In this document: in pieces, positions 38,135-50,532 of the stretch
Layout of the letters: each line of letters opens with the position of its first letter
How positions within the stretch are numbered: the first letter of the stretch is position 1
Assembly (NCBI RefSeq): GCF_021028975.2
Contig: NC_059428.1
Location: 91,264,001 to 91,328,000 of the forward strand
Direction of reading: 5' to 3'
DNA: 64,000 nucleotides
Origin: Sphaerodactylus townsendi
Lineage: Eukaryota
Made by a program: the position numbers and the translations under genes
The notes under the pieces: generated by a model
The model's database searches: none
The model's input: only the letters and a program-made list of their open reading frames with translations
What the model was told of the DNA's origin: nothing

Positions 38135-38630
38135 GCGGGGGGGGTATAAACCTGTGGCCTGGGGGCCAGTTTCAGCCCCTTGAGAAGGTTTATCAGGCCC
38201 ATGAGCCAGTGGAGGCAACCCCCCACCCCATTTGTGCTTCCAATTTGGCCTGGAAAGCCTGCTGTGGGCTTGCCAGTTTAGGTACTGTGGGCTTGTGAGT
38301 TCAGGCACCCACTGCACTCTCAGTTTGGCCTAGTGAACCTGTTGCAGGCTCACAAGTTCAGGCACCCACCTCTCCACTCCCAGTCTGCCATGGTGAGCCA
38401 CCCCCGCAGCATGGCAATCTGGGCTGGCGAGCCCAGGCCTAGCAAGCCACACACACACACAGTACCAACCACCTCCTCCAGAGCTCATCAGTCAAGCTAG
38501 CCAAACCTTCCTTAAGGCTGATTTGGGATGGCGAGTCTGCTGGGGACTCACCAGAAGGCTCCCCCCTACCCCCGGGCCCCACCAAGTTTATATCAATTCA
38601 GTCCTCATAACAAATGAGTTTGACACCCCG
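38135..38630. mobile_element. hAT-Charlie (OC1-like) MITE
   Basis: gggggtataaacctgtggcc...aaatgagtttgacaccccg termini; left end degenerate. Confidence 0.6.
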
Positions 38631-38708
38631 TGTCAGAGTATCAGGCTCGGACTGGGGGGCACAGGTTTGAGTCTCTACTATGGCAAGGCAGTTTTCTGGT
38701 AACTTTTA

Positions 38709-40640
38709 AGCTGATTTTACACTTTCTAAATGCTCTGTGGCTTAGCTGGGGAGCCAGAGGCGTACCTCCCATTGGGCAAAGTGGGCAGCTGCCCTGGGCG
38801 CCACCTTGTGGTGGGCGACAAAATTGCAGGTTTGTGAGGGATTTTGTATTTTCAGTGTTTTTCCGTTTTTGGCCTGCAGAGGGTGCAGATTTTAGGCTAG
38901 CAGCACCAAAATTGCAGGGATTTTTTGGGAGACTCTCCTGATGATATCACCCAGGTTTGGTGAGGTTTGGTTTAGGGAGTCCAAAGTTATGGACTCCCAA
39001 AGGGAGTGCCCCCATCCCCCATTGTTTCCAATGGGAGCTAATAGGAGATGGGGGCTACACTTTTGAGGGTCCATAACTTTGGACCCCCTGAACCAGACTT
39101 CACCAAATCTGATTGGTATCATCAGTAGGGATCTCACGAAGATGCTCTGAGAAAATTTTGGTGCTGCATATCTTAATAATTGCACCCTGACAACAGAGCA
39201 CCCTAAATTTCCCCAAGATTCTCTTTTTTAAATTCACCAATGCTTGTTTTCTTTCTTTCTTTTATTCTCTCTCGGTGCCCTAATGAAAGATTGTTGTTGT
39301 TGTTGTTGTTGTTTGTTGTTAGCATAAATCCTACCCCTTCGGGCATGGATTTCCCAAAGGGAGAATTCCTGAGGTCCCAGTTTAAACACCAGTTTTAAAC
39401 TGATGCTGTTTGGGGGGTGGATTCCAGCATCACTCATGTTTAAACTAGGGAGCCCAGATTTAAATCCACCTTAAAGGGAGAATCTGAGCCCTCCCCCAGT
39501 TTAAATAACATTGAAAGTGATGCTGTTTCCCCCAATTGGGGGGACTGGATACAACACCATAAAATGTTTTCATAGCAGTAATAAAACATTTTGAAAGCAT
39601 TTTGAAAATGTTTTCCAAATATTATTTCGGCTGTGTGGTATGGCCCATTGCTATGTTCAGATTTGTGAGTTGGGGGATGTTCTATAATGTGATGAGTGAG
39701 CTTTAGAAGAACGACCTGGTGGAAAAAATCATTGTTTGGTCATGGTGGGGGAGGGTGGCCACCCATGGCGGGGGGGGCATCAAACTCAGGTTTTGCCCAG
39801 GGCTCAAGTTCGCCTAGGTACGCCCCTGTGGGGAGCGTACCTGCTGTGGGGCTTCTCATTCTGCTAGTAGTTCCCCACTGCTGGCCGGCTTTTCCTTTGC
39901 TCTAGTCAGGGCCAGTGTAGGAAGCCCCGAATGGTTCCCCACAAGCCCGGGCTTTCCAATAATCACCACGTAAGCACCACAGCCTCTTCCATAGCCTAAC
40001 GCATGCATGGGCAGCCTCCATTTCCTGCATTCGGATGGACTGACTCTTGTCCCATTCCCCCCACTCACTTTCACTATTTTGTTTTAAATGACTCTGAACA
40101 CAAAACAGGAGCTTAGAATCAGTGCTCTCACCCCACCCCCCCAAAATCCTTGCATGTGCGATGGGATTGCCATCCTCCCCCCACCCCATCTAAAATCTAA
40201 ATCTAAAATCCTTGTGTGTGTGAAAGAATTGCCGCCCTCCCGTTCGCGGTGCCTGTACATGCTGCTTTTCTCCCCAAGGTTTCTCCCTCCATTTTTTTCA
40301 CTGCAAGGTGGGGAGGACTTCGCTTCACAGTGCCTGTCCATTGGTGGGGTGGGCCAGAGTGGCAAGGGTGGGAAAACTGGTCTCATTTCTGCTACGGAGG
40401 AGTTTTGCACGGTGGTGGAAGCCTCCCAGGCAACAAAGGGGCATTTCAAAAGATCTCAAACCTTGCAGTTCAGGAAATTCACAGGGTAAAGCATTGTTGT
40501 GGGGCAGAAACAGGGTAAAGCATTTCTGGGGCAGAAACATGGCAGCCGTGATGCAGAATCGGGGACAGTATAAAACTCATGATTGCATTGGGGCAATTCC
40601 TGTGCCAACAGAGGGGCAATTTTGGCATGCAAAACTGGCC
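38709..40640. mobile_element. Old PIF/Harbinger-type element hosting a hAT
   Basis: Degenerate TIRs AGCTGATTTTACAC...ATGCAAAACTGGCC; TSD TTA on both sides; internal 30-bp tandem at 40481-40540. Confidence 0.55.
38755..39828. mobile_element. Non-autonomous hAT (Tip100-like) transposon
   Basis: TIRs CAGAGGCGTACCT...AGGTACGCCCCTG; perfect 8-bp TSD TGGGGAGC; internal inverted repeat ~38895-39170. Confidence 0.9.
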
Positions 40641-40867
40641 TTAGTTAGTCACCTTTTTCAACTTAATTTTTTTCACAGACTTGTTGTGAGGATAAAATAG
40701 AAGGAAGAATTATGTCAGTAGGGCTGGCAGCTGCTGGAGACAAAAACACCCTTCTTCAGTTTTATGTACCTTTATGCCAAATAAAGGCCAAAGAAGAAGA
40801 AGTTTTATGTACCTCTATGCTGTGGAAAGTCTTCTGCTCATTTCCACACATTAACGATGTATTAAAG

Positions 40868-41014
40868 CAGTGGTTCTCAACCTTCCTAATGGTGTAACCC
40901 TTTAATACGGTTCCTCATGTTGTGGTGACCCCCAACCCTAACATTTATCCATTTTACAGATGGAGAACACTGATGCAGAGAGTCTTAGGCCCACCCCCAG
41001 GTTGAGAACCACTA
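40868..41014. mobile_element. SPIN/URR1-type hAT MITE
   Basis: CAGTGGTTCTCAACCTTCCTAATG..CCTTTAATAC.GTTCCTCATGTTGTGGTGACCCCCAACC diagnostic end; 8-bp TSD TATTAAAG. Confidence 0.85.
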
Positions 41015-42339
41015 TATTAAAGTAACAGAACATTTTTCTCTAGCCCTGTAGGTAATTCAGAGATCTGCAACTTACTCTGAAATACTTACACTGATGTCAA
41101 TTGGACTGAAATTGCCTACATTGTCCATGAAGTGTGGTTTGCTTGGCATAGTACATTTATTCTTAGCTTTAACTTCACTTGTGGAAACTACATCATCTGT
41201 TGGTTTCCATTTTTCCAGTCTGTAAACCACACCCTACGTGTGAGATATTGCCCAACAATGGAAATTCCTATGGCATACTGGAAATAGTTTAGTTTCTGGA
41301 AAATGTATGTGAACCCCTCACTTTCTTCCAATAAGTGCTGCAAAGTGTAAAATTAAACCTTTCAAAAAACAAAACAGAGAATGTTCATTTATTAACTAAG
41401 CAACCAGTTTTACAACAAGGCATCAGTATTGGGAGTTCAAACCAATACTGAGTGTTCAATTCACTTGTAAATACATGTCAAAAATGCCAACACAAAAACA
41501 GATTTTATTTAACATCAATGTCATTGGGAGCGATTCAGAATGGAGAAACTGGAAGAGAGGGAAAATGTAGTTCTTTCTTCACCCTCTGCTTTTCCCCCCT
41601 CAAGCTGCTCCTCCCCAAGGTGCTTTACATTTCTGTTTTACCTTTAAAATATGTCAAATCTGACAGATTGGCTTGTAAAAGGAAATGTTTGTCATGAAGA
41701 TATTATAAGCTTATATAAATATTAAATGTCTGAGTTCTTGGGAGCAGGCTAATCTTAGTAGCACCAGCTCTCCTTGCTACATTCGGGATGGCAGTCTTTA
41801 TGCTTACAACAGAAGCGACTCCAGAGATGTGTAGATCAGGCTGAGCCACAGAACAGCTAAGAAGAACAAACAGCCCCACCTTAGCCACTACAAATTGCGA
41901 TCATCAGAAAGAAAGAATAAATCTCTTCAGACCAAGATGTAGGTTTGTCTTTTTTAAAAAAGAAAACTTGGCATATAGTTTGTTCCTGTCATCACTGTCA
42001 TGTTTAATTATGATCAGGAACGTTTAGAATGATTGTGCTTTGGGTTAGATTTGCAGAAGAAAACCCAGTGTTCCACATCTGTTGAGAATATTGTGGCAAG
42101 AAACAGCCATAGATCCTCACTTTTCAGCTGGAACTGCTGGTTCAATTTTTCCTCTCTAACTTATATTTTATGGGTCCCAGAAAACCTTCTTTAATATGAA
42201 GAGAAAAGCTGGTTTCTGAAGATTAACAAGAAAAGGTATCTAGGACCCGTATTTCAGTTCTGCTGTTTCTACCATCAAAAATTCCCATTTTGATTTTAGG
42301 TGGATTCTGCACAGTGGAAATAAATCTTTGGGACTCCCA

Positions 42340-44160
42340 AAAATCCACAAGGACTCCACTCCACTCAGACCCATTGTGAGTGCAATCGGATCCCCTACAT
42401 ATGATTTGGCAAAATTCCTGGCTGCACAACTACAAATCCATATTGGACTACATTACGGACTCTGCTCACTTCATTGAAAAAATCAGCAATCTTAAACTCA
42501 ACCCCAATGACAAACTGATCAGTTTTGATGTGGTTTCCCTATTCACCAAAGTCCCCATAGCAGACACCATGGCACTCATTAACTGGAAATTCCCAAAAGA
42601 CATCACAGCCCTGTTTCAACATTGCCTCACTACTAGCTACTTCCAGTGGGATAATGAATTCTATGAACAGAAAGATGGGTAGCCCTCTTAGCCCTGTAAT
42701 TGCAAAATTTTATATGGAACACGTTGAGGAACAAGCCCTGAAAAAAAAGCCCACCATATGGTTCCATTATGTGGATGACACATTCACCATTTGGAGCCAT
42801 AGAGAAGAAGAACTCAACAAGTTCCTGGACCATATCAACAAGATCCACCCAAACATCCAATTTACTATGGAAAAAGAAAATGAAGGAAGACTGCCATTTC
42901 TAGATGTCTTAGTCATCCGCAAACCAAACCAGCAATTGGGCCACACAGTATACAGAAAACCCTGATTTACGCTGCAGAATGGACGATATGTCTACACAAA
43001 AACTCCCAAAACATCATCCGAGGACAAAAAGGAGCACCATAAAATCTCTTGGTAGATCAGCAAACAGAATCTGTGAACCCCACCTCCTTCATAGGGATTA
43101 ATTGAAATCCACCTAAACTGGGGCTCTACAGGCCTAATGGTTACTTTGCTACTATGACATCAGAGAAAGATGCCTGCAAGAGACCAAGAACAAGCCACAT
43201 GAACAAAGAGATAAAGAAGAGCCATCTAGAGGGGAAAGTGTTCGCTTACCGGTTACATCAAGGAAACCACTTGACCGCATAGGAAAACTTTCGATGAGGA
43301 AACATAACCTACAAACAATCTACAGGACCCACCAAGTATGTAAAATTCCAACAAATGCTCACGTTCAGCAAAGGATTAAGAGGGATCCTGTAGCTTCTGC
43401 AGGATCTACCACATACCATGTAGCTTGTGGACAAGAGTCTACATAAAGGAAACCACCAAGCGCCCAGTGCTCAGATACGAATCAATTGAGAACCACGAAA
43501 GGCACTGCAGACCCTATTTCAGCCAGAAAGCAATCGGCAGCAATAGCAGAACACATGGATAAAACCAACCTGGACACAAAATATTATTTGAGAAACACAG
43601 AAATTCTGGACCACTCTGATGCCAACCACACTGATTGGTGTCCGGACTTACACAGAGAAACCATTGAAATTCATAGCCAAGCACATACGGACAATTTCAA
43701 CATGGAAAAGTGAAGCAGAAGAAAGCCATGAAAATGAAACAGAGAATTTGGCTGCCAGTGTTGAAAAAACTCTAGAATCCAAGCACAGTGACTAACTCCA
43801 GCTCCACACAAACACAGTGGACAACTATCGCAGAACCAATAGAAATCAAAGGGAACAGAGACCAGGATACTTCTATTCAGATGCATTCACCTATTGACCT
43901 TGCTATCTTCATTGTTACTCACATGCTACAGACTTCTTTGTGACTCACATGCCAGGCTACTCTATTCAGATGGCCTCACCTTTTGACCTCACAGTATATA
44001 TACTCCGCTTGCTTTCCATTCCTACTATCAGATCCTCTGAATATGCCAGCCACAGATGCAGGCAAAACATCAGGAGAGAATGCTGCTAGAACACGGCCAT
44101 ACAGCCCGGAAACCACACAGCACCCCAGTGATTCCGGCCGTGAAAGCCTTCGACAATACA
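42340..44160 (+). mobile_element. Penelope-like retroelement (RT + GIY-YIG endonuclease pseudogene, 3' pLTR), 5'-truncated
   Basis: RT peptides LISFDVVSLFTKVP, YEQKDG/MGSPLSPVIA, WFHYVDDTF, HPNIQFTMEKENEGRLPFLDVLV, VYRKP; frameshifted GIYHIPC..GQ.YI motif ~43400-43450; pLTR ends GAAAGCCTTCGACAATACA at 44160. Confidence 0.92.
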
Positions 44161-44279
44161 ATGTACTCTTTTGTTTAAATATTATGGATTGGATCCAAAG
44201 CTTCCTTCCACTCATTCATGGGGCACTTGCGTTCGCATGACATTTCTGCTAATTCCCCCCTCCCATGTGGGAAATTCCT

Positions 44280-44461
44280 CGAAATTTCAGAGTGCAGCTT
44301 GTAGAGGGTGTGTTTTGAGGAGGATAGGAACCTTAGTGGGACATAATTCCATACAGCTCACTCTCCAAGGCTGTCATTTTCTCCAGGGAAACTGGTCTCT
44401 GTCATCTGGAGGTCAGTTGCAATTCCAGCAGATCTGCAGATCTTACCTGGAAGTTGGCATT
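44280..44461. mobile_element. hAT (Blackjack-like) MITE remnant
   Basis: Shares the ctccaaggctgtcattttctccagggaaactggtctctgtcatctggag motif with the 34114 copy. Confidence 0.55.
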
Positions 44462-45254
44462 CTTCGTTGCACCCATGCTGTTCTTGAAGATTTTTAAGCT
44501 CCCAAAAATTCTATTTCAAGGAATATGACAGGCTGAAGTGAAGAGGAGCAAGTAGGAATCTTCCATTTTGCAAGAAAACCTGTGGTGCATGCAATGTAAT
44601 ATGCAGTTGCTTGTAGCAACATATGGCAACAAATCAACAAGAATATAAAATCAAATAGCATACATTTGTTCATCCCTATCTAAAACATAGCCGAGAAGAG
44701 AAAAGCTCAGACCTCATTTGGAAATACTTGGGGGAGGGGTTTGTTTCCTTTTGAAGATACAAACCATTCTATAAAAACTGGCTTGCATTCAATTAATATT
44801 CCTTTTGAATACCAAACCTGTTGGAATAGCACATGAAAAGCCCAAGACTGCAGTGCTTTGTGCTACTTTCATTAAATTGTTCTTTTTTTTGTAGTAATGT
44901 AAAAATTAATTTTGTTTAAATTATAACAGAAATGTGAGTTGCTGCTCACTGATCTTCAAATGCACTGTGGTAGAGATTAACCAATTGTCAATGTATTCAC
45001 ACTTAACAACAACAATGTTGGCTGATGCAAACATAAAACCTGCATCTCATGTTCTTCAAGGAAGCATACATTTTTTATTACACCACTCATTTGTTCCTCA
45101 TTACTTGAAGCCTCTTGAGACACAGCATCTGGAAAATCTTTATAAATATAATGTTGTATAGAATGCTTAGTATGATTACCACTGAGGTGCTGCTGCTCAT
45201 TAATAATGCAGCCAAATAGTGATTAAGGAATAGTATGGTCTGGTAGGGATTACA

Positions 45255-45472
45255 CTGTGTTGCCAACCTCCAAGTGGTAGCTGGAGAAGTCCATCATTAC
45301 ATCTGATCTCCAGGTGAATACATTCTGTTCACCTGGACAAAACGGCCACTTTAGAATGTAGACTCTATGGCATTATAACTCACTGAAATCCCTCTCCTTC
45401 CTAAAATCCACCCTGCTTGGGATCCACCCCCCAAATCTCCCAGTATTTCCCAACCCGGAGCCAGTAACCCTA
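45255..45472. mobile_element. hAT (Blackjack-like) MITE remnant, opposite orientation
   Basis: gtgttgccaacc...ccagtaacccta termini; internal match to the reverse complement of the 34114 copy. Confidence 0.6.
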
Positions 45473-45810
45473 GATTGAAGTCTCCTTTAGGAACTCAGTT
45501 GTTACTAGACCTATATCTACAGATGGAAGCTCATGTCTTTAATCAGCTTTGTCTGGCCTTGCCTTAAAAATGCACTATTTGGTCCTGATAACATCAAGGT
45601 TGCATTATTGTCACATGCTCTATATGAGGTTTCTTTTGAAGGTTATCTGAAACTTTCAGTTGTTGAAGAATGTGACAGTGAGACCAGTATACATTGCAGA
45701 AAACATTGTTTAGCAATCTTACAAGAACTTCACTGGTGTTAGTTTGTCTCCAGGCTTCAAATTGCTTACGTGTAAAGGCAAGTAATGGCCTGAATAATCT
45801 GGAACCAGAA

Positions 45811-46160
45811 TGTATTGTCGAAGGCTTTCACGGCCGGAATCACTTGGGTGCTGTGTGGTTTCCAGGCTGTATGGCCGTGTTCTAGCAGCATTCTCTCCTG
45901 ACGTTTCGCCTGCATCTGTGGTTGGCATCTTCAGAGGATCTGATGTTGGGAAAGCAAGTGGAGTATATATATCTGTTGGAGCATCTAGGGTGGGTGAAGA
46001 AACATTGTCTGTGAGTAACAAAGAAGGCAACCAGGTCAATAGTTGAGGGCATCTGAATAGAAGTATGAGTAACAATGAAGTCTATAGCATGGGAGTAACA
46101 ATGGAGATAGCAAGGTCACTGGTGGGAGCATCTGAATAGAAGTATCCTGGCCTTTGTTTC
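45811..46160 (-). mobile_element. Penelope pLTR (solo/truncated)
   Basis: Reverse complement closely matches 43860-44160. Confidence 0.9.
45896..45938 (-). ncRNA. Minimal hammerhead ribozyme motif, intact core
   Basis: Minus strand reads TCCT-CTGAAGA-tGCC..GGC-GAAACGTC-AGGA: stem I TCCT/AGGA, stem II GCC/GGC, palindromic ACGT stem III, GUC cleavage triplet. Confidence 0.7.
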
Positions 46161-47599
46161 CTTTGTCCTTTGGAAAATGAAAGGGGAGCTTCAGGAAGTA
46201 CATCCATACAAGAAATCTTGCCACGATGGACACTCACCCCCATCGTGCAGCAGACACCTTGTGCATAATCAGCCTCTGGCAACTTCTTGATTTTGTGTGA
46301 GGCTTTCTAACTGGAAACCTTGTCTTGGGCTTTGAAACTTTACTGGACCGTCTTATTGGCAGCATTTGGATCTTGAACTAATGCTCGTAAATATGTTTTA
46401 TTATTTTTATCCCTACAGTTCACTGCTCTTTTTTATTATTCTTGCACTATTTTAATAGATCACTTTATCCATATTTTTGATGTTTTTGAGCTTAGGCATT
46501 TTCAGTCTGAATCCAGTACTTTGGCCTGCTTTGTTTTCTGCAACTTGACTTGTAAGCATCCTTTCTTGCAATAATGGATTGCTTGATTTTAGTCCCAAGA
46601 GGGCTAGAGGCTTTGTCCCTTGAGCTCCGACTGGCTGGGTAGAAGATGGGCTGGTGGCAGTACTACCTAAGAATTGTGAGGACTCATAGTTCTGCCTTTA
46701 GATTTGGTCTTGCTTCACCTGCCTCTCCTGGGGGTTTAAGGCCTCTCGGCACCCTTCAAGCTCTGTTATCAGTGTGCTGCCTTCAGAAATGAAATGGGTG
46801 TGGACTAGAGCCAGGGAATTTTCATTGGTGGCACATTGCCTCTTGAATATCCTCCTCCTTGGTGCTCACCTGGTTCCATCTTACTTTAATAACCAGGCTA
46901 TAACATTTACACAGATTCTTAATTAGGCATTTTATACTCTGATTCTAGCCTGAGGCGTCTTTTAATGGGTTGCTTTTTATATATATTAATAAATTATATA
47001 TTAATTAAATTATATATTAATTTGTAAGCTGCCTTGAGCAGAAGTCTGATGGCATAAAACATTTCCTATACAATAGATATTTTAATGCTCATTGTGAAGT
47101 GGTACAGCAAAGACTTCCAGTCTCAAAGTATTCAGAATAAAAACTAAACCTTTTTGAAAAGTTCACAAAGTTGGGTAAGCATGAACAGGATAGAATATGC
47201 TGCTTATTACCAGTAATGCCAAGGACACTCTCCAGTAGATACTTATCATGCTTATGCAATCGTAGTTGAAACTGAATGAATTATCACCACAGGCATGCTT
47301 CATTGTGGGGGAGGCAATTTGCTGCAGATGTAAGACAGCTTCAGATTGATGATCCATCTGGATGATAGATATATTGTGCAATAAATGTGCAGCTGTACTC
47401 AGTTGTTTCTAAGGATCTAGTCTTTTCCCGAAGGCAGCACTACTATTGTGTGATACTACATTCTCAAGCTGCAATATTTTACTATGAAGAGAATGAGCTC
47501 CCCCATCCTCAAATTAGTATGTCTGTTATGAAGGTTGGTGCAATTTCATCTACCAAAATAACTGAGGGTGTGCTAACTTGATCTTTTTTTTCTTTTCAG

Positions 47600-47785
47600 G
47601 AATCCTATGAAGGAATCCTAGGTTGTCCTGGAACACAGCTATGCTTTTTTATGAGCACTGTCACCCATAATAGAGTTTTGCACTTTTTGACAAATTTATG
47701 ATTTTAGCCCTGTGTGATTTTTGAGATACATATGAACAGCATTAGTGATGGTTCAAAACCAAACTCTGCAAATAGAATTTCTGAG
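47600..47785 (+). other. Candidate 186-bp exon, possibly start-codon-containing (ATG 47732: MNSISDGSKPNSANRISE)
   Basis: gctaac branch point, strong tctttttttttcttttCAG acceptor and GAG|GTAAGT donor; in-frame stop upstream of the ATG; unique sequence; gene not recognised. Confidence 0.5.
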
Positions 47786-50532
47786 GTAAGTCTGCAATAT
47801 ACTTTTTTTACCTTAAACAAAAAAAATGCTAATTAATAACATTCAGCAAGATAAGACAACCCCCCAAGTGTCCTTTATTCAGAAGATATTTCCCAAATGT
47901 TGAGTTCTATTTCACACTAGTTTAGTCCACTTTGTTCTGTGTTGTTTGAAATGTCCCAGACATTCATGTCTCTCAAATCCCTTCAGTCTCAACATCTGGA
48001 AAGCAAGTGCAACTTTGACAAATGGCACATGCCCTTCACAGTGTTGGAGACACAAGAAGTGGACATATTTTAGTAGTGGAAATCCATAGATAGTATCTGA
48101 TGAGGAAGAAAAATATATGTTAAGACAATGGGGAGAAAAACCATCCTAAATCACAGCCTATAAAACACGTTGGCTATACAGAGTTGTCAGAATGTATATC
48201 CCCCAGGTGTTTTGTTTTAAGTGTTAAATTAGTAGTATCTTATAATTATGAGTAATGCAAGGCAAGCGAATCCTTAAACATGTATTAATGTTGCAACAAT
48301 GTCAAAATTTGCCAAAGGCAAAGTCTTCCAGATGTGAGCAGTGCAGCAGCCAGGATTTTTTAAAGGGCTGGGGGATTATATACAGTCCTGACAGTCTTCA
48401 TACAGTGAAAAGTCTATAGGGCATTCTGGCCTTTATTTTCCTGATAAAATTTACACTACTAGAAGTATTTTACCTCACATTGCATGTATCAACACAAACA
48501 ACTATGAGTGTGCTTGAAAAAGTGCAACAAGCACCAACATTTGTTTTCTCATTAAAGTTACTTCCCTTATGGTGCAAAAAAAAAAAAAATCAGTGTGTAG
48601 CTCTTTAACATGTTAGAGCTCATCTCAGCCTTTTATTCCACTAACCAGGGGCAACAAGGTTATTGAATCAAACTGTCAGGAATGTTATGAAATGAAAAAA
48701 ATGTTATTTCAATTAGAACTTTCTAAAGAAAACTTTATAAAGGCCTAAGGCTGAAAACTACCTCCTGTTGATTGCAAAGAGAAAAAAACAACCCTGTGCA
48801 TGCTTAGTCTAACCAATATTTTCTTTTTAAAAAAGTTATAGCCCAATCAGTCTGCTACTGAACTGACCCAGAGAAGTACTACTTAGTAGGAGAAAGACTG
48901 ACAAACTGAAAATAAGAACTTCCAGACTGGGCCATCAATGGGGTTACCAATCTCTAGGTGGTAGTTGAAGAGCTCCTGCTATTTCAGTGGATCTCCAGGT
49001 GGCAGAGATCAATGCACCTAGAGAAAACTGATACTTTGGAAGTTAGACTCTAATGGCAATGAAGTCCCTCCCTTCATAGCATTGAAATCCCATGCCTTTC
49101 CAAGGGGTTTGCTTTTATGGCTTACTAGGATTTATTGTATTGATTTCTCCCATGCTAATATATTGTTATTGTATTATTGTTAATATATTGATGTATTGAT
49201 GTATTATTCTAGTGCTGCTGTTGCTGTTGTTTAAGTTGCCATTTGAGTATTTTGATCCTTAATTCTAGTTCTTAATGTATTTATTATTGTTATTATTGTT
49301 TATTCTATTAAAATGTCTGTTGTTTTATTATGTTGCTAGCCACCCTGAGCCCTTCGGGGATAGGGTGGGGAATACATTAAAATTGAAATGAAATTTACTT
49401 GATAAAATTTCAATCTGCCATTCGCACACACTCTTTTTGGTAAGTAAATTTCTGGCCATTTCTGGATCACAGTTAACAACAACAAAACAATATCCAGGGT
49501 CCCGACTAGACAAGTTTAACACATCCTCCATGGATTGTTTTCATTCTGCACACTAATATGCAAATCATCCACTTACCATCAACTATGGCACAGAAATTTG
49601 CCTGATACCTTTGTTTCACACACAATTTCAACATTAATATCTGAAGAGTATTTTTCTCTGCATTGTTCCACTTTTTGGACATCTTAAAAAATATTTTGAT
49701 TTTATAGGGAAATATAATTACTCTTTTATGTACCCTTTTGTGATGACACAGTCACGTTTACATCCAGCTGAGCCTGTTGCATTTAGTAAGATTTTTATTT
49801 CAGACAAATTTCATTTTTAATTTTTGCCTTTAAATAGATAATATTTAATAGTTCATCATTTTCCGCATGCCATTAAATATATTTGTTCTGAATATCTGTT
49901 GGTGATTAGGAATCAGTGAATTCTTAATATATTCAGTGAATTCTCTTTTAAAAGTTGTATTAAATTCAGATGTATTCAAAATAACTCATTAAGTAACATT
50001 AGCAACTAGTTATTTATGTCGTACAGAAATTTTCTTTCAGTATTCATTAGTTTTATGTTGAACAGACTTGATAGCATCTACAAAAGTCTGTTGGTAATGC
50101 TTTCATTCTGCTATGAAGAAACTATTGGAGTAAACAGTGTCTAGTGTATAAAAGAAGAGAAGATCCTGCTGGGGGCAACAAATAGAAAGCTAGTCAGGTA
50201 GAAAAGTGAGGGGCAGTACCTTCTTGCTCCAATAAATGCCATGCTTGTCCCTCTCCAGAATGTAATTCTTATTAGGTTTGGGGCTCTGGTAAAGCCAAAT
50301 CGGCAAAAAACCCAAAGAAAGTCTTTTTTTTTTTAGTTTAACTCAGCTCCAAATACCAAACCATGGCAAAATCCCTGAGCTGGATACCTAACCACAATAA
50401 CCTGAATTGCTATTAGGGTTAATTGGTTTCAGTCATTTAAAGTTCAAAGGGACTCTTCCACAGTGGCTAGGCACTTGGAGTCCCTTTAAACTGGCTTGAT
50501 TTTTTTTCAAACCAGAGAATTCCCCCTCCCCT

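Larger units (their letters stand above)
38111..40712 (+). mobile_element. Old tRNA-type SINE split into three pieces by nested DNA transposons
   Basis: Head tgtggcacagtggttaaag (38111); middle ...ggtttgagtctc...ggtaactttta (38630-38708); tail ttagtcac...ttgttgtgaggataaaatag (40641-40712). Confidence 0.5.

Noticed and set aside
42380-42965. RT ORFs as a functional or domesticated RT, retron or telomerase-like gene
   Set aside because: Frameshifted, 5'-truncated Penelope element with a typical pLTR.
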